Source: Camelus dromedarius (lineage: Eukaryota). Taken from it: a stretch of DNA of 64,000 nt. Shown one piece after another: positions 26,842 through 39,932 of this stretch (its first letter is position 1; each line of letters begins with the position of its first letter). The DNA lies in NCBI RefSeq assembly GCF_036321535.1, contig NC_087437.1:80478001-80542000 (forward strand), in the 5' to 3' direction. The position numbers were made by a program, and so were the translations under genes. A model generated the notes under the pieces. The model ran no database searches. It was not told the origin of the DNA and saw only the letters and a list, made by a program, of their open reading frames with translations.

Positions 26842-26988
26842 CTGGAGCACCTGGGAGTGGCCCTTCTCCGCACAAACGTGCACAGGGGTTCTGCCCCAGC
26901 AGTCAGTGGTGTTCACCTGGGCCCCGAGGTTCACCAGATCCTGCACAATGAGGTGCTGATTGGCAGCCACTGCCACCTGAAAGGCACT
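26842..26988 (-). CDS. NFKBIZ: NFKBIZ coding exon 7 (ankyrin repeats)
   Basis: Encodes SAFQVAVAANQHLIVQDLVNLGAQVNTTDCWGRTPVHVCAEKGHSQVLQ; 147 nt; GT-AG. Confidence 0.97.
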
Positions 26989-27372
26989 CTGTGGACATTC
27001 AGAGGAAAAAAAATATTTTTAAAAACATGTAACACTATCATAACAAGGAACATAAGCCTAAGCTAAGACTGAGAGGAAAATCCATGTAGAGAAAATAAAC
27101 CCTATTAATAAGCAATAAGACCTTGTAACACAAGGAAACTAAAAAGCTTAGGGTGCGGCTTTATTATACTCAGTTGGTCTTTGATCAAATAACTACAAAG
27201 TTAATGTTAATAACTTCAAGGTTGACAGTGACAAAGAGTCAACATCCTGAAGTTAATATTAACTGAACTCTCTTGATCTAGGACTCTGAAATGACCTACA
27301 CATAAATATGAGACTAGCCGTCATTTCTTCGCCATGACCACATCTTTGCCGTTTCCCTGTCAAGGTCCTCAC

Positions 27373-27478
27373 CTGCCCATTGTGTTCTTTAATATCCAGC
27401 ATGTGAAGAGCATTCATCTTTCTTGCAAGGACATAGGAAAGTGCCCTTCTCCCTTGGGCAACAGCAATGTGGAGGAAC
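27373..27478 (-). CDS. NFKBIZ: NFKBIZ coding exon 6 (ankyrin repeats)
   Basis: Encodes FLHIAVAQGRRALSYVLARKMNALHMLDIKEHNGQ; ccccag| and |gtgagg; 106 nt. Confidence 0.97.
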
Positions 27479-27684
27479 CTGGGGAAAAAGAGAAGGAAAA
27501 GAGGTGAATTGCTTCTGATTTCACTAAGTTCATCCTTCTTGTAAAAAAAATTCTTCCTTTAGCCCCTTTCTTGGTTTGTGGGTGTACTCAAGTGAAACAG
27601 TACAGAGCATAATTTGTCTTTTCTGCCAGTTGCGACAAGATAAGCTAGGCTACCAGAAGAAGTGAGTATGCCAGTCACCATGCT

Positions 27685-27860
27685 GACTGCTTTAAGTCTA
27701 TTATTTTTAATATTCATAAAAACCCTATAAGGGAGGTAGTATCATTTTGCATGTCCAGAAACTGAGGCATAGAGAGGTTAAACAACTTGCCCAAGGCCAT
27801 AAAGATGTTAGCACAGATCAGGACTCAATCTACAAATCAACTCACACTTTAACCACAACC
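27685..27860 (-). mobile_element. MIR SINE (intronic)
   Basis: gaaactgaggcatagagaggttaaacaacttgcccaaggcca. Confidence 0.75.
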
Positions 27861-28176
27861 AACTAATCATGATCTAACTGATTTTGCTCCATAGACACAA
27901 TCCAAGCTGGTCTTTCAAAACCAATTATTCAAAGACACATATATATTTTATTAACTTAGAACAGATAATTCATTCAGCCAGAAAAGAAAAAAGAAACAAA
28001 AACTCTTTCATAAAATATTAGCCATCACTGAACAGCAGCTTCTGCCTCCACCAGTCATCTTGATTAGCCAACCTCTTACTAAGACCTAATTTGGCAGAGC
28101 CTAGAGAAAATCTGTGCCCACTCTGTCCAACAAGGATGGCTTACCAAATAAGGTAATGAGATAAAGGGATACTTAC

Positions 28177-28955
28177 GTGTCACCATCTGCATCCTTGGAA
28201 AGAAACTGGTCTTGGGAGATATTCACCAATTTGCTTTCCTCCTGCTCTACTTGCCACTGGAAAAATGACTTTCCTAACTGTGTGGTGTTCATTGGATTTC
28301 CAACGATGTTCTGGAACGGCAGTGCCATGCTTAAAGGGGCAGGGGTGGCACCATGCCCCGCCAGGGCCTCACACGCACCGTGTGGCATCATGTGGAAGTT
28401 TTGTAGGGGCGCGTCATTTGGCTGCTGAACACTGGGGGAGGTCTGAGTGGGAACAGCGATAATCTCAGATTCCCTGGGATCATTTAGAAGGGACGCAAAA
28501 CTTTGGTTCAGGCAGAACTGTGGTTCTTGATCATCAAAGAAGTTTGGTTCATAGCTGGGGGACAGGGACGTTCTGGAATAAGGACTGTATTCCAGAGTCG
28601 GGTTGTGGGTGTAGTGCTGCGGCGGCGGCTGCACGGTCTGGCTCTGTGGGGAGTACTGGTACATGGCAGCCTGCTCCACCATGGGCGGGGAGCTGCTGAC
28701 TTGGAACGGCTGGTATTTCTGAGGTGGAGAGAAGACCTGCCCTCCGTGGAAGTCCTGACACTGCTCGTGGGGGGAGCTCTGAGGGACCCCCACAGGGCTC
28801 ATCCAACTAACTTGGACAGTATTCAGGGACACCGGGCTGCATTCATTCTTAATGTTGATAATGTTCTGAAGCAGATCGGCACTGCTCTCCTGTTTGGATT
28901 CATTGTGATGAACATCTTCCATGCTCTCTGCGGGTGTGGGTGTTTGAGGTGGTGT
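28177..28955 (-). CDS. NFKBIZ: NFKBIZ coding exon 5 (Gln/Pro/Ser-rich transactivation region)
   Basis: Encodes TPPQTPTPAESMEDVHH...FLSKDADGDT; tttccag| and |gtaagt; 779 nt. Confidence 0.97.
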
Positions 28956-29052
28956 CTGGAAAGGCAGGAAAAGTAAATTGCATACTCCCTTTCAAAATCA
29001 TTCCAGAAATAACTGCCAAAGGGCATCCAGAAGAAAACAGTTAAATACATAC

Positions 29053-29156
29053 CAAAAACTGGGTATGTAAAAAAGTTGATCTTTTGCAAACTGGTCCATC
29101 AGACAGTGAGTCAGGTCCTTTCCTTTTTCCACTATATGATACTGTGTTCTTCAATT
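29053..29156 (-). CDS. NFKBIZ: NFKBIZ coding exon 4 (NLS region)
   Basis: Encodes ELKNTVSYSGKRKGPDSLSDGPVCKRSTFLHTQFL; acag| and |gtatgt; 104 nt. Confidence 0.95.
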
Positions 29157-29278
29157 CTGTACCCAAGAAGAAGAAATGAAATCTGTGAGCATTTTATTTT
29201 ACAAATTTTTACCCATAGTCAAACTACATTATTTTACCCGAAAGCCCCCATAATATTATAAATAGAAGTAACTCTTAC

Positions 29279-29309
29279 CTGTGAATTGCTCTCTGTTCAC
29301 ACCCTGTGC
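29279..29309 (-). CDS. NFKBIZ: NFKBIZ coding exon 3 (31-nt micro-exon)
   Basis: ccttatag|GCA...CAG|gtaaga; encodes AQGVNREQFT; phases fit both neighbours. Confidence 0.93.
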
Positions 29310-29798
29310 CTATAAGGAAAAAAAAGTTTCCAATTTAGTGTATATTAAATGGTTTCCTGATTAATATATACCAATAAATAGACTTATCGCTACCATTCTT
29401 TATAGCTCACCATAAACCTTGATACAGCCATTCTAGCAATATTTATTTTCTATGTTAATTTCCATCCTATCTTGCAACTTCCCCTATTTTCACTTTTCAT
29501 CTTAGTTCAAAATTAATAAGGCCCTTTGAGTTTCCCCTTTCTAATAAAAATGCTCCGTTTTAATTGAACCCTATTAATCCCCTTGCCCCCAATTTACCTT
29601 CACTTATTCATTCATTAAATTTCTCTTGCACATCTGCCAAGTACCTAGCTAAGTGACAGGAATATTGGAGACAGGAAAACAAACAGGCTCTCTTTCTGGT
29701 CTACAAAAGACTTACTGGACCTATGTGAGCAGAGAGTAATAATCCTGACAGACTAACCTCCCTGATCCCCAACCCAAAACAAAAAAGTTAGGTGCCAC

Positions 29799-29938
29799 CT
29801 TGAAGTCATCACTGGCTTGGCCAGAGGCCTTCTGTTTATGACTTCGGATGTGCAGCAGGAGTTCCTTCACTGAGTTCTTCACACGAACACCTTGAAAGGG
29901 TCCTCTTTGCTGCCTTCCAACCCCCATATGGGGCTCAA
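29799..29938 (-). CDS. NFKBIZ: NFKBIZ coding exon 2 (contains the MGVGRQQ start of the short isoform)
   Basis: Acceptor ttttgaacag|TT; encodes VEPHMGVGRQQRGPFQGVRVKNSVKELLLHIRSHKQKASGQASDDFK; donor AAG|GTGGCA; 140 nt. Confidence 0.97.
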
Positions 29939-32084
29939 CTGTTCAAAAGAAAACAAAAACGTATTTCAATTAAGTCTCTTCATGGACACCAATCTTAATA
30001 ACCTCAAAAGCATGGCCGTCTAACGTAACAAAGTCTCCGACCAACAGACTGCAAAGTCTTTCCAACATGACCTTGCCTGTCAGGCCTCAGCCCTACTTAA
30101 GGGGACGATGTTGCCTGAAACCTTTCCCCAGCAGGCACTGTAAGGAATTAAAGCTCATAAAAACACGGTTTGGGGGGGTCCCCAGAGCCAACAGTTAAAC
30201 CCAAATTAAGTCTCTGTCTCTCAGCCCCATCCACCCACGAGACAGGATCATAGATTTTGCCACGCTAACTCTCATAAATCTATAGTTATTCTTGACATTT
30301 GAAAAACCTTGGGGGAGCAAGGGATAAATGATGAACTTTTAGCTTTTCAAACCAAAGGCTTTATGTCCACAGAGAAATTTTAAAGTCTATCAATTCCACT
30401 CACCTAAGAAGGCACAAAACAAACTTCCAAAGATCTCAATGTACCAAAGCCTAACAATGAACAATGTGTTAGTTTCTTATTAGTTCCCTCAGTTCAGCTA
30501 TGCCAAGAAAGCTGCTTAAATTCACTGAGCTTAACACATTTCCGCGTACACACACAGGATTTCCCCTCACCGACTGCTTTTGGAATTGCTCACATAGGCC
30601 TTCTAAGTAAAAAGGAAATAATCTTCTTTCATATTGAAGCTTTAAAATACACTTTAAAATGGAGTCAATGAGTAGTACAGCATTCCACTCTGACCACTAC
30701 TGTGTCACAACCTCTCGGGACAAGTTGAGCACAAAGTAAACACACAAAGAGTCAGGAAATGAATAATTTAGCAACTCCTTTGAGAGGGGAAAAGCTAAGA
30801 TGGGCCAAAACAACAAGGCATAATTTGAACATATATATCATTAATATATGAGAGAAGCAACTCAATGATAGGGCAAATTAAACAACTAGTTGGTTTTATG
30901 TTTAAGTTTAGGAATATCTTGCCAGAATCTAACACAGCATTTCTCGGGAATGACAGCTATTTAATAATTCAATGTCACAGAGAAAAATGCAGTTTCAGAA
31001 ATCCCCTACGGTAAACCAAAGAACTAGCAAAATACTTTCGGCCAGATGAAGGCCAAATGTGGAGGAAAAAACGTTTTAAGTACACACCCACATATACACA
31101 ATTTTTGTATTTGCTACACGTTTAACATACAGAGAGTGTGTTGTACAACTGACTGGTTTAAACCACCTTTTTAAATGAAAGTGAAAAATCACATTTTAAA
31201 ATAAAACATAACCAAAACGAGAGTGGCTTAGCAGTGGGGAATACCCAAAAGAGAACGATCTTTAAAATCACTCTAATTAGATTTTCCAACATTTGAGATT
31301 ATCTAAACGTTCTTACCCACAGTGGCATCCCGTTTTTCCCAATTAGGCCACTCAGTTCATTAAGAAAAGAAACTAACAATTCACAGCCGAATAAAGGAAA
31401 CGATACACTTTTTCCTTGTCAGATACGGCCTAACCATTCTAAAGTACATAAAACAAGAAAAAAAAAGACCGCAGAAATTCTGGGCAGACTTCGGAAAAGT
31501 CAAACTTAAGGTGTAAACTAGTTTTCAGTCCAGCTTCACCTTACATCTTGATAATATCGGTTTCCTTTCTTTAAGATTAAGTCGTTTTATTTAAAATTTC
31601 CACAAGTACCTACTTAGGAAGAAATAAATCATGACTTGAAACAGTACTTGAAACCCTTATGGCCAGCTACAGCCGTTCACTAAAACAGCCACAAGAAAAA
31701 GTTACACCTACATCAGATGCAAAATCTCGCCACAGTCTGTGATTTATAACTTAATAAAGGTGGTTTTTAAAACAAGAAAGAAGAAAAGAGAAAATCGAAC
31801 GTGGGCCATTCCCGCCCCCTCCCCAGAAGTCAGAACTGTGCGTTTCAAGCTACGAGGGCAGCTGATGGCGCCCAGGACTCAGACGGTCAAAGGGCACGGA
31901 GGGCTATCACACGCCCAGCACTGGGCCGGCGTCCGGTCGCGACCTAATATTGATGGCTAGTGTGATGTTTAGCCATAAGGCGGGCGCAGGGGCCACCTAA
32001 CATCTGGCCGAAGCACTTCACATCTGGGCGGCACAGACCCCCGTCCCCTCCGTGAGGGCTGCCCCCGCCCGGGGGGGTGGGTAC

Positions 32085-32370
32085 CTTGCAGCCGCTCGGA
32101 ACGGGCGCCGCCTCTCGGCCGCGACTCGACCGCCCCGCAGGAGGATGCGGACGAGACGGAGAAGTCGGAGGAGTCGGAGCCGGGCGAGCCGGGCGCCGAG
32201 GGCCCGGACGACGAGCAGCTGGCGTCGCAGGCGCCGGGCGCGGCGGCGGGCGGCGACGCGTTGTAGAAGTAGGCCAGGTTGAGCGGGCTGGTCATGAGGC
32301 CGCAGTCGCCGGCCGCGTCCAGCAGCCCCTCTCCGCCGCGGCTGTCGTCCAGCAGTTTGTCCACGATCAT
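32085..32370 (-). CDS. NFKBIZ: NFKBIZ coding exon 1 (start of the long isoform)
   Basis: Encodes MIVDKLLDDSRGGEG...ARSERLQ; donor AAG|GTAC at 32085/32084; 286 nt, phase 1. Confidence 0.97.
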
Positions 32371-32437
32371 GCTCCCGGGCTAGGCGCTCCGGGACCCCAA
32401 CACCTGTGCCACCGGCTTGCTGCGCGCGGCTGCCTCC

Positions 32438-32461
32438 CGGCTGCGGCTGCGGCTGCGGCTG
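32438..32461. repeat. (CGGCTG)4 hexamer repeat in the NFKBIZ 5'UTR
   Basis: Read directly from the sequence. Confidence 0.9.
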
Positions 32462-32528
32462 CGATGGACTCAGGGACCTACCGGCGGGAGGACGGCGCGG
32501 GCACGGGCGCGGCCCGGGGCTGCACGAC

Positions 32529-32690
32529 TATTTAAACCGGCCTTCGAGGCCAGGGGCGGGGAGAAGGGGCCCCCGCCTCGGCGGCCTCCACCGCGCCCGG
32601 CCGGGCCATTGGCGGCGTCTGGGCGGCCTCCCGGCCCCTCCTCCGGATGCGCCCCGTTTCCAGTAAAATGTACAGGATGAGGCAATATGC
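32529..32690 (-). promoter_or_regulatory. NFKBIZ proximal promoter motifs
   Basis: TATA-like TTTAAATA at 32529-32536, CCAAT at 32608-32612, STAT-type TTACTGGAA at 32658-32666, C/EBP-type ATTGCCTCAT at 32677-32686, GC boxes. Confidence 0.7.
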
Positions 32691-34854
32691 CCTCCGCCCT
32701 CGCCCCGCCCGCCCGGCTCCGCCCAGACCGGCCGGTTGTTTTCTCGCCCTTCACCTAGAAACCCCGACACGGCGTGGCCTCCCGGCCCCCGGCCCGGTCG
32801 CCCGCCGAGAGATGCCGGGGCCCGCCCTGCCTGGGCGCACTCCGGCCTGGGCACCCGGGAAGAGTGCGCGCGGGGTGGGGCTCGGCTCGCAGAGGGCGGC
32901 GAGGAGGCGGGGAGGCGGGGAGGCAGCGGTGGGAACTGGTCGGCCTGGTTCCGCCGAGTAGGAAGCGCTGGAAGGTGCGCGCCACGCATCCCTTCGGCCG
33001 CCCTGGCGGGGAGCTTCTTGCCAACCGCAGCCAAGGCGTCTCTGGAAGGTTCTTAAGGGCCCGTCTCTTCTTAACTTAGTAAGAACGGTGCCCTACACCC
33101 CTGTATCCTTCAATACCGGGACAAAGCCGTCTTAGCCAAATGATAAAATACCTGTATGTGTCTGTATTTACATATATGTAGTTTTTATTCTGCATAACTT
33201 TACACTGTCGGATAAACACAGGAATTTCGCTCTTTCCTGTCTTAAGTACTTTTTTTTTCATGGAGTTACACAAATTTTTAAATTGTTCTATTACTTGCTA
33301 AAACCGTGGCTAGGAGTTAGCAGGAACAAAACATGATTGAAAACATGACTATGTCTGTCCTTTCAAGTACATTATAATCTTGTAAGAATGAAAAGTAAGT
33401 ACGCACATACTGTATTAAAAGAAATCAATTATGAGTAAATAGGAGGGGTGCAAACTTCAGTGAGTATCCTAAAAAGAAAGACAACGTCCAGTGGAGGGAA
33501 AGATGAGGCCATAAGGCATATCTTTGCAGAGAAGGTGGCATATGAGACAGGCTGAAAAGGATGGGTGGGATTTCCATCCACCGTATTTATAGGAAGAGGG
33601 AACAGCATGAGCAAAGAATTTTAAAAAGAGCTGGATAAAAGTTTACAGCCCATTTTAGGATAGTCAAAGGGAAGACGATAACATTAAATGTAAAAGGTAA
33701 CTTGGTGCCTTCGGGTGGAGCACCTCCAGTGACAGGCTGAGATACTAGGTCTTTGTTTAATAAACACTGAGTGAACATGAAAGAATCTGAGGCAGGCAAA
33801 ATTAATCTGGAGCTGCTCAGAGGAGATGAGACTGAGGGGCCCAGAGGCCATCAGAAACCAGGCCAGAAGAGAAGTGACCTGACCCTGGGACAGAGGCAGC
33901 AGGAAAGAGGAAAGTAAATGGAAAGAAAACAAGGCTGGGCAGCATTGCTAGGGCAGAATGCACAGGTCTGACTCGGCTGGAGGTGGGCAGCAATGAAGGA
34001 GTCCCCAGTAAGGCTATGGTTTGGGGCGGGATGACTATGCAAATAGGGATGCCAGCCTCAGATTCCAGGGATATCAGAAGTAGAATGTTAGGGTCTTAGG
34101 AGGAAGAAGTGAGGGAGGGAAAGGAGGGAGACAATGAGCTTAATTGTCACTCAGTATTAATAGGTGGTATAAGACCCCAGCGGGTGTTTCAAAGTAAGTA
34201 TTTCCTTGTTTTTCACAAGTGTTGTATTGCCCCAGAAACCTCTTGCCACCTCTTCCTCCTGCTAATTTTTGGGGTTTGGTAAATTTTTTTAAAAAATAGA
34301 AAGGAAGCGACTCCCTTGATGTATCTGCAGAAAATATAAGGCTCCAGTAATTGTAGTTCCTCAGAAACCAAAATCTCTTAAAAGATACTCCAAATGAGAT
34401 ATTGGGCTTTCTTGATAAAATCTATTTGGATTTTTTTTCCCCTCCCTACTAACATATTTTATGTATAATAAAGGCCTTAGATGGCCATCAAAATAAATTC
34501 ATGGAAATTTTTTTTTCCAAAATAAATCCTCCCCTAAAATTATTTGCTGTTTTACTTGGTATATAAGAATTCAAACTTCAAAATCATAGCTTCTGGAGAA
34601 CTTAATATAGATAAATATGGTCAGCAGATTAATGTTTCAAACTAAAGTTTTCTATGAAATGTCAAAGCAATCATACTGTTTAAAAAGACCACAACCCTCA
34701 ACACACAGTCAAGAATGATTGTTAATAGCACTACAAAAATAAATTTTAAATGTCCTTTGCTTCATTTAAGTGTTGAAATAGAAACTCAATTTGGTCTGTT
34801 GGTTGAGTGATAGGACACTGCCATTGTTCTAATCAAATATGGTAGAACATCCAC

Positions 34855-35100
34855 TCTGTGGAGACAGCCAAGCATGTTATGAGGATTCTCTGGAAAAGTC
34901 CACTGAAGCCAACAGCCAGCACCAACTTGCCAGCCATGTGGGTGAGCCATTTTGAAAGCTGATCATCCAGCTCCATGTCCAGCCTTCAGATGACCGCAGC
35001 TCTGACCAACATCTTGAAGGTAGTTGGATGAGTAACCTTGAGTTAGAAACGCCCCCTCCAAAGCTACTCCCAGATTCCGAACCACAAAAACAGTATTCGG
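34855..35100 (+). mobile_element. Old MaLR LTR fragment (MLT1-type)
   Basis: gccaacagccagcaccaacttgccagccatgtgggtgagccat motif. Confidence 0.7.
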
Positions 35101-35249
35101 AAAATGAGCCCTAAGAATTTGCCCAATTTACACTGGTCATCATAGATAGAAGAGCTTAAAATCCTTATCTGCCTGTGTCTGGAGCCCAATCTCTTGCTTT
35201 AAAGAGGGAAATCAGAAGACTCATTATTTCAAGGCTCAGATGCACTGTC

Positions 35250-35970
35250 TACATCTAAAGATACAGAAAAAGATGAAAACGACACATCAGAGAGTTCCCT
35301 GACTACTGGAAAGAAGAAACCAATTCCAAAGCAATTGGAAGGAACTGTAAATAAAAAATAAAAATATAAATGACGCTATCTTCCCCTTGGCTTTATAGAT
35401 GTTAATAATTTACCTTATTGTGTCTTATACAATAGAACATTTCTGCAGAGTATTATAGCACCAGTTAAGCTGTAATACCATTCTGAAACCAACCATTCAG
35501 AGTTTTAAAAAAGGAATTGACTTTTTAAATGTAGGTGTAATGAACTTTTGAGAAGCCAAAAATTATTTGGTGCAGCTTTTCAAACTTAAGGAGAAAAAGC
35601 CAGTGAAGTATCTTACAGGGTAAGTTATTGTACTGCATTGGCTGTAGAAGTAAACATCACAGGTGAGAGAATAAGAAAGCCTGGTAGAACTGATCTTGCT
35701 GAATGCCTTCTAGATGAGATGTCAGCAAAAGAAACCATGGTGCTGCCACTTTCCAATGTCATAGGATTTAACTGCAAACATTAAACTGCTCTTTTCTGCA
35801 GAACTGCACTTTTGCCTTAGAGATAGACAGTTCTACAGCCTGTCTGGACTTGCCATTTTGGTTGTATTCATCAGGTGTCAGCCCCCGCTAATCATCAAAG
35901 ATCTTTTATATGAATGCTTGGCAACAAACACAAGAGGTGATTGAAGCATACAAGTTTGGGGGGTTTTTTG

Positions 35971-36001
<31 letters not shown>

Positions 36002-37150
36002 TTGAATCTTATCATTTATCCTAGAACAGTTGGGTTGACATTTGCACTGATGATATAAAAGTAACTGTTAGTAAACCTGCCGTTACTTTTATGCCTTACA
36101 ACAAATCAAGCAAATGGCAACAAAATGAACTAGTAGGCATTGTTTTCTTCACCACTGCCCATTTGCAGAAAAAGGAAAAAAAGAGAGAGAGAAGCCAGTT
36201 TCACTTAAGAAAGTCACAGATGAAATGGTAACAGTTACTAACTATTAAAACTTGATGCTTTAAATGTATCTTTAATATTCTGTGGTGATTATCTGGAAAG
36301 GCGTTTGGTCTATCAGGTTGAATGATATGCTATGACATGGCCATTTGTTCTAACCAATTGCTGTTTGAGTTGTGAGCTGACCTAATCACTGTTTTTCATG
36401 GATCACCAATTTTACTTGACCGGCAAAGTGGTTATTCAGACTTGGGTATGTGTCAGATATATTTTTTTAATGAACAAAGTAAACCTGTCATGTCAAGAAA
36501 CAACTGAGAGTATTTGTTCCCAATGTTAAAACTCAAGCCTTCAAATGAAAATTAGAATTTGGGAGACTTCTGTCTGACACCCTGAGCTCTGCGAGCTTCC
36601 CAGTATTTTCAGGGTGTTTTTGATGAGGTCAATTGTGATATGTTATTAACAAGTATGATTTTTTTCCATCTTATATAATGAAAGGTGGCAACATTTAGAA
36701 AATTTGCATAACTCAATTAACTAACATTTTCCAAATGAACAATGCGAGAGACATTACAAAGTCACACTTAGGTACAAGATCCATTCAGCGTGCAAGAGAG
36801 ACCAACGGATATTAATATATCAGTACAAAAGTTCCACTGACATGGTTTCAGAGTCCACAATGCATTTACCCTTTAAGGAACTATCACTTACTTTTGTATA
36901 TTATTAAAAAGGGATATCCACAATTATCTGAAGTAACTATTAAGACATTTCTTCCTTTTCCAACTACATATCTGTATGAGGACAGATTTTCTTCATATAC
37001 TTCAACCAGAACAACATATTGCAACAAATTAAATGCAAAAAAAGGCATGAGACCCTATCTTCTATAAAGCCAGACATTAAGAGATTTGCAAAAATGTAAA
37101 ACAATACTGCTCTTCTCACTATTTTTCTAGATTAGAAAATACAGTTTTTT
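35250..37150 (+). mobile_element. hAT-Charlie DNA transposon fossil (decayed transposase)
   Basis: Translated remnants ASEVSYRVSY, FALEIDSST, GLAILVVFIR and LLPFPTTYLYEDRFSSY (hAT dimerisation motif); Charlie1-like 3' end aagccagacattaagagatttgcaaaaatgtaaaacaat. Confidence 0.85.
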
Positions 37151-39932
37151 AAATAAATTAGTAGGTAAAGATTTTTTTTATTTTATTGGTAGAATGTAGG
37201 CAGTATGTTATTCAAACTAACAGTTCCAGATTGGACAATTAATTGCTGAACACCTGATCTGGAACCTCTCTCTCTTCTCCATCTCTATTTAAACTGCCCA
37301 AGATGGGCCTTCATCTCTCACCTGAGCCAAATGTTTGCCCATCCAGCCGTGCCCACCTAAATTCTACCCTCCAGACTGACACCAGCATGCCATACGTACA
37401 ACCAAATCTAAGAATTCCTCTGCTCTACTTAGGGATCCTTCAGTGACTCTCTATCAGCTCTAGTTTCGAGTTCAGTCTTCTTAGGATGGCAGGTGTCAAA
37501 GCCCAGCATTCCTCACAAGCCTTGTCTTCCTCATCACTTGCCATCTTACCAAACTGAATGCAGTTGCACACAGATCTGGGACTTCGCTCCTGTGGTTCCT
37601 TCTGAACAGAATGCTCTACCCTTCCTCGCCTGACCAACTCACCCTCATCTTCCCAAAGACTCAGGTTAGTTTCCATCACCTCTGGAGCCCTCCCTGACCC
37701 TCCCTGCTCTTCACCCTCACTCCACCCTCAGTCTGGCATAGGGACCCCCATTCTGTGTCCCCAAACAGACTTGGATCATAGTCCTTAAAATGTGTGGAAA
37801 TTATCCATTTAGGTGAGTCTGTCTCCTCTATTCCACTATAAATTCCCAGGACATGTATGCTTTGTAAGTAGTCAACTACCTGTTACTTAGTACACATTTA
37901 ATTGACCAGCAGAAACAAATGTAAGTGCTTCCGTAAGTATTTTACATGCAACACCACAGACATCACAATAGACCCTTTGGCCCCCCGAATTAGAATCCCT
38001 TCATTCTCAGCACCTGGATTACTGTAAAACTACTACATATGTCTTACAAATATAAAAAGCCCCTGCTGTCTTTGGTTCATATCAATTCTGTAAAGAAGGT
38101 GAAATGCTTTCAGGGGCTTTCAAAACAGATGTAACATACTGATTTTTGATGCTTTCTCTGAAAAATAATAATTTATTCTCTCCATAGCAATGTAAAACAC
38201 TTTTTAACATCTCAAGAAACATTTAAACTTCTGGGTATTCTAAGAGTTGTTTTTGGTTTTTTTTTAATGCACAGGAGCAAATTAGACCATCTATTTTTAA
38301 ATTCCATGTATTCTTCAATATGATAGTGTCTTCTAAATGGCAGGTACTTTTCAGGGCACTGGGGCACAGCAGTGCATCAGATAAAAACTCCTGTCTTTGT
38401 GGAGCTTATATCCAGAGGTATGAACATTCTGGTCATAAATTGAGATACTAGTACTATTCCTGAGACACATATACTCAGTTCTCCTGAGACTCATATGCTC
38501 CTCAACAGAACACCTACAACATTTGACCTCCTAGGCTATGGCACAGACATCTGTAGTTACTAAGAGCCATAAACTGTTTCCTTACAAATGACATAACATT
38601 TTGTGTGTTCTGGCCTGGAAAGACCAAAAAATTATCTCTGGAAGTAGTTTCCTAGGTCCTGTTTGCAGCAAATTACTAACATCTGACATCAAAGGACACT
38701 AACCCTTATATTTCTGTTGAGGGAATTTCTCAAAGCAGGTAAATATACCTGTCTAGTATCCTAATCATCACACAGATGGATTAGCAAAAGATGTGCACAT
38801 CTTGGAACACTCCACAGTGCTGTCCAAATGAATCTGAAACGCCTCTAAATACTGTATGTACAACTTTACACACTATGGACTGACTGTGTCAAGGCAAAAA
38901 TCAATGCTGAGGTGTCCCTGGAGACATCTCTCTGGAGCTTTCTCTTGCCTCAAGTATCCATAAAGAGATGCCATTCACTTCATCCCACAAATATTTTCTG
39001 AGCATCTGTGATGTCTACTATGTAAAGTAACTCCAGTGCTTTCCACTAGGTATGCAAGACCTGTCCTCTGACAGGTGGGCAGAAGAGGCTCCTTGTACAA
39101 AGCCAGGTCACACAGCTAAATATCCCAGTCGATTAGATGCCCTGTACACAGAGGCTGCATCACAGCAGTGCGGCAGTACCCGAAATACCTTTCAGCCCAG
39201 CAACAGACTGAAATCCTAGTATGTAAACTGGAAGACAAAACAAATCTGTCTTCTGCTTTAAGGGCACTTCATTTCCAAAGAAATAAACGTTTTCCCATTG
39301 GATTTGAGGAAATATTCACACACTATAAATGTATGATTCATGCAAAATCATATGATATATGTGATGGAGAAATGTTCAGTGTTGGTCAGAAGAGCTACCT
39401 GGAATAATACAGTCTTTAATAAGTAATGGTCAAAACTCGCACAAGACTTCCACATGAAACAAGTGCACTCTCCTAAAATTTACCCTTAGAGTAAGTTGTT
39501 CTTCGCTCATCAGTTTTCCTGGTTTCTATTTATAATAATGAACTTTATCCATAATAGACACATAGAAATATAGATGATGTAGGTGAGCTTTGTCTAAAAT
39601 AGCAGAGAATTACAAGTTCTGTGATGGCTTCTGCTTTCTCTGCCTTGTTGACAATTCACATATTTCATTTCTACACATATGAAAGAAACCACCATCATAT
39701 ATACTGGATATGCGAACATCTGCTTTAGAGGTTACTAAAATCTGAACCACCTTAAATAGAATGGTGAAGAAAGAAGAGTATCTTCTCCCAGCTCCCCCTT
39801 TTCCCTCCCTTTTTTCCTCTCCATTTTCCTTTTTGCCACTCCTTTTCCCACACAAATCTATAGACTCCAGACAGTAACACAAAATCCAGAATTATCCTTC
39901 TGCATCTATCCTTATACTACTAAAAAACAACC

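Larger units (their letters stand above)
31790..33070. promoter_or_regulatory. CpG island covering the NFKBIZ proximal promoter and first coding exon
   Basis: Very high GC and CpG density against a CpG-depleted background. Confidence 0.95.

Noticed and set aside
28177..28976. Antisense ORFs over NFKBIZ exon 5 (up to 157 aa)
   Set aside because: Shadows of the coding strand with no independent support.
32052..33079. Many overlapping 76-168 aa ORFs on both strands
   Set aside because: Expected from stop-codon scarcity in a CpG island; Arg/Gly/Pro/Ala-rich with no recognisable domain.
35250..37150. Domesticated transposase gene (ZBED5/Buster-like)
   Set aside because: No ORF of 60 aa or more in the ORF track; stops, frameshifts and an inserted T-rich repeat.
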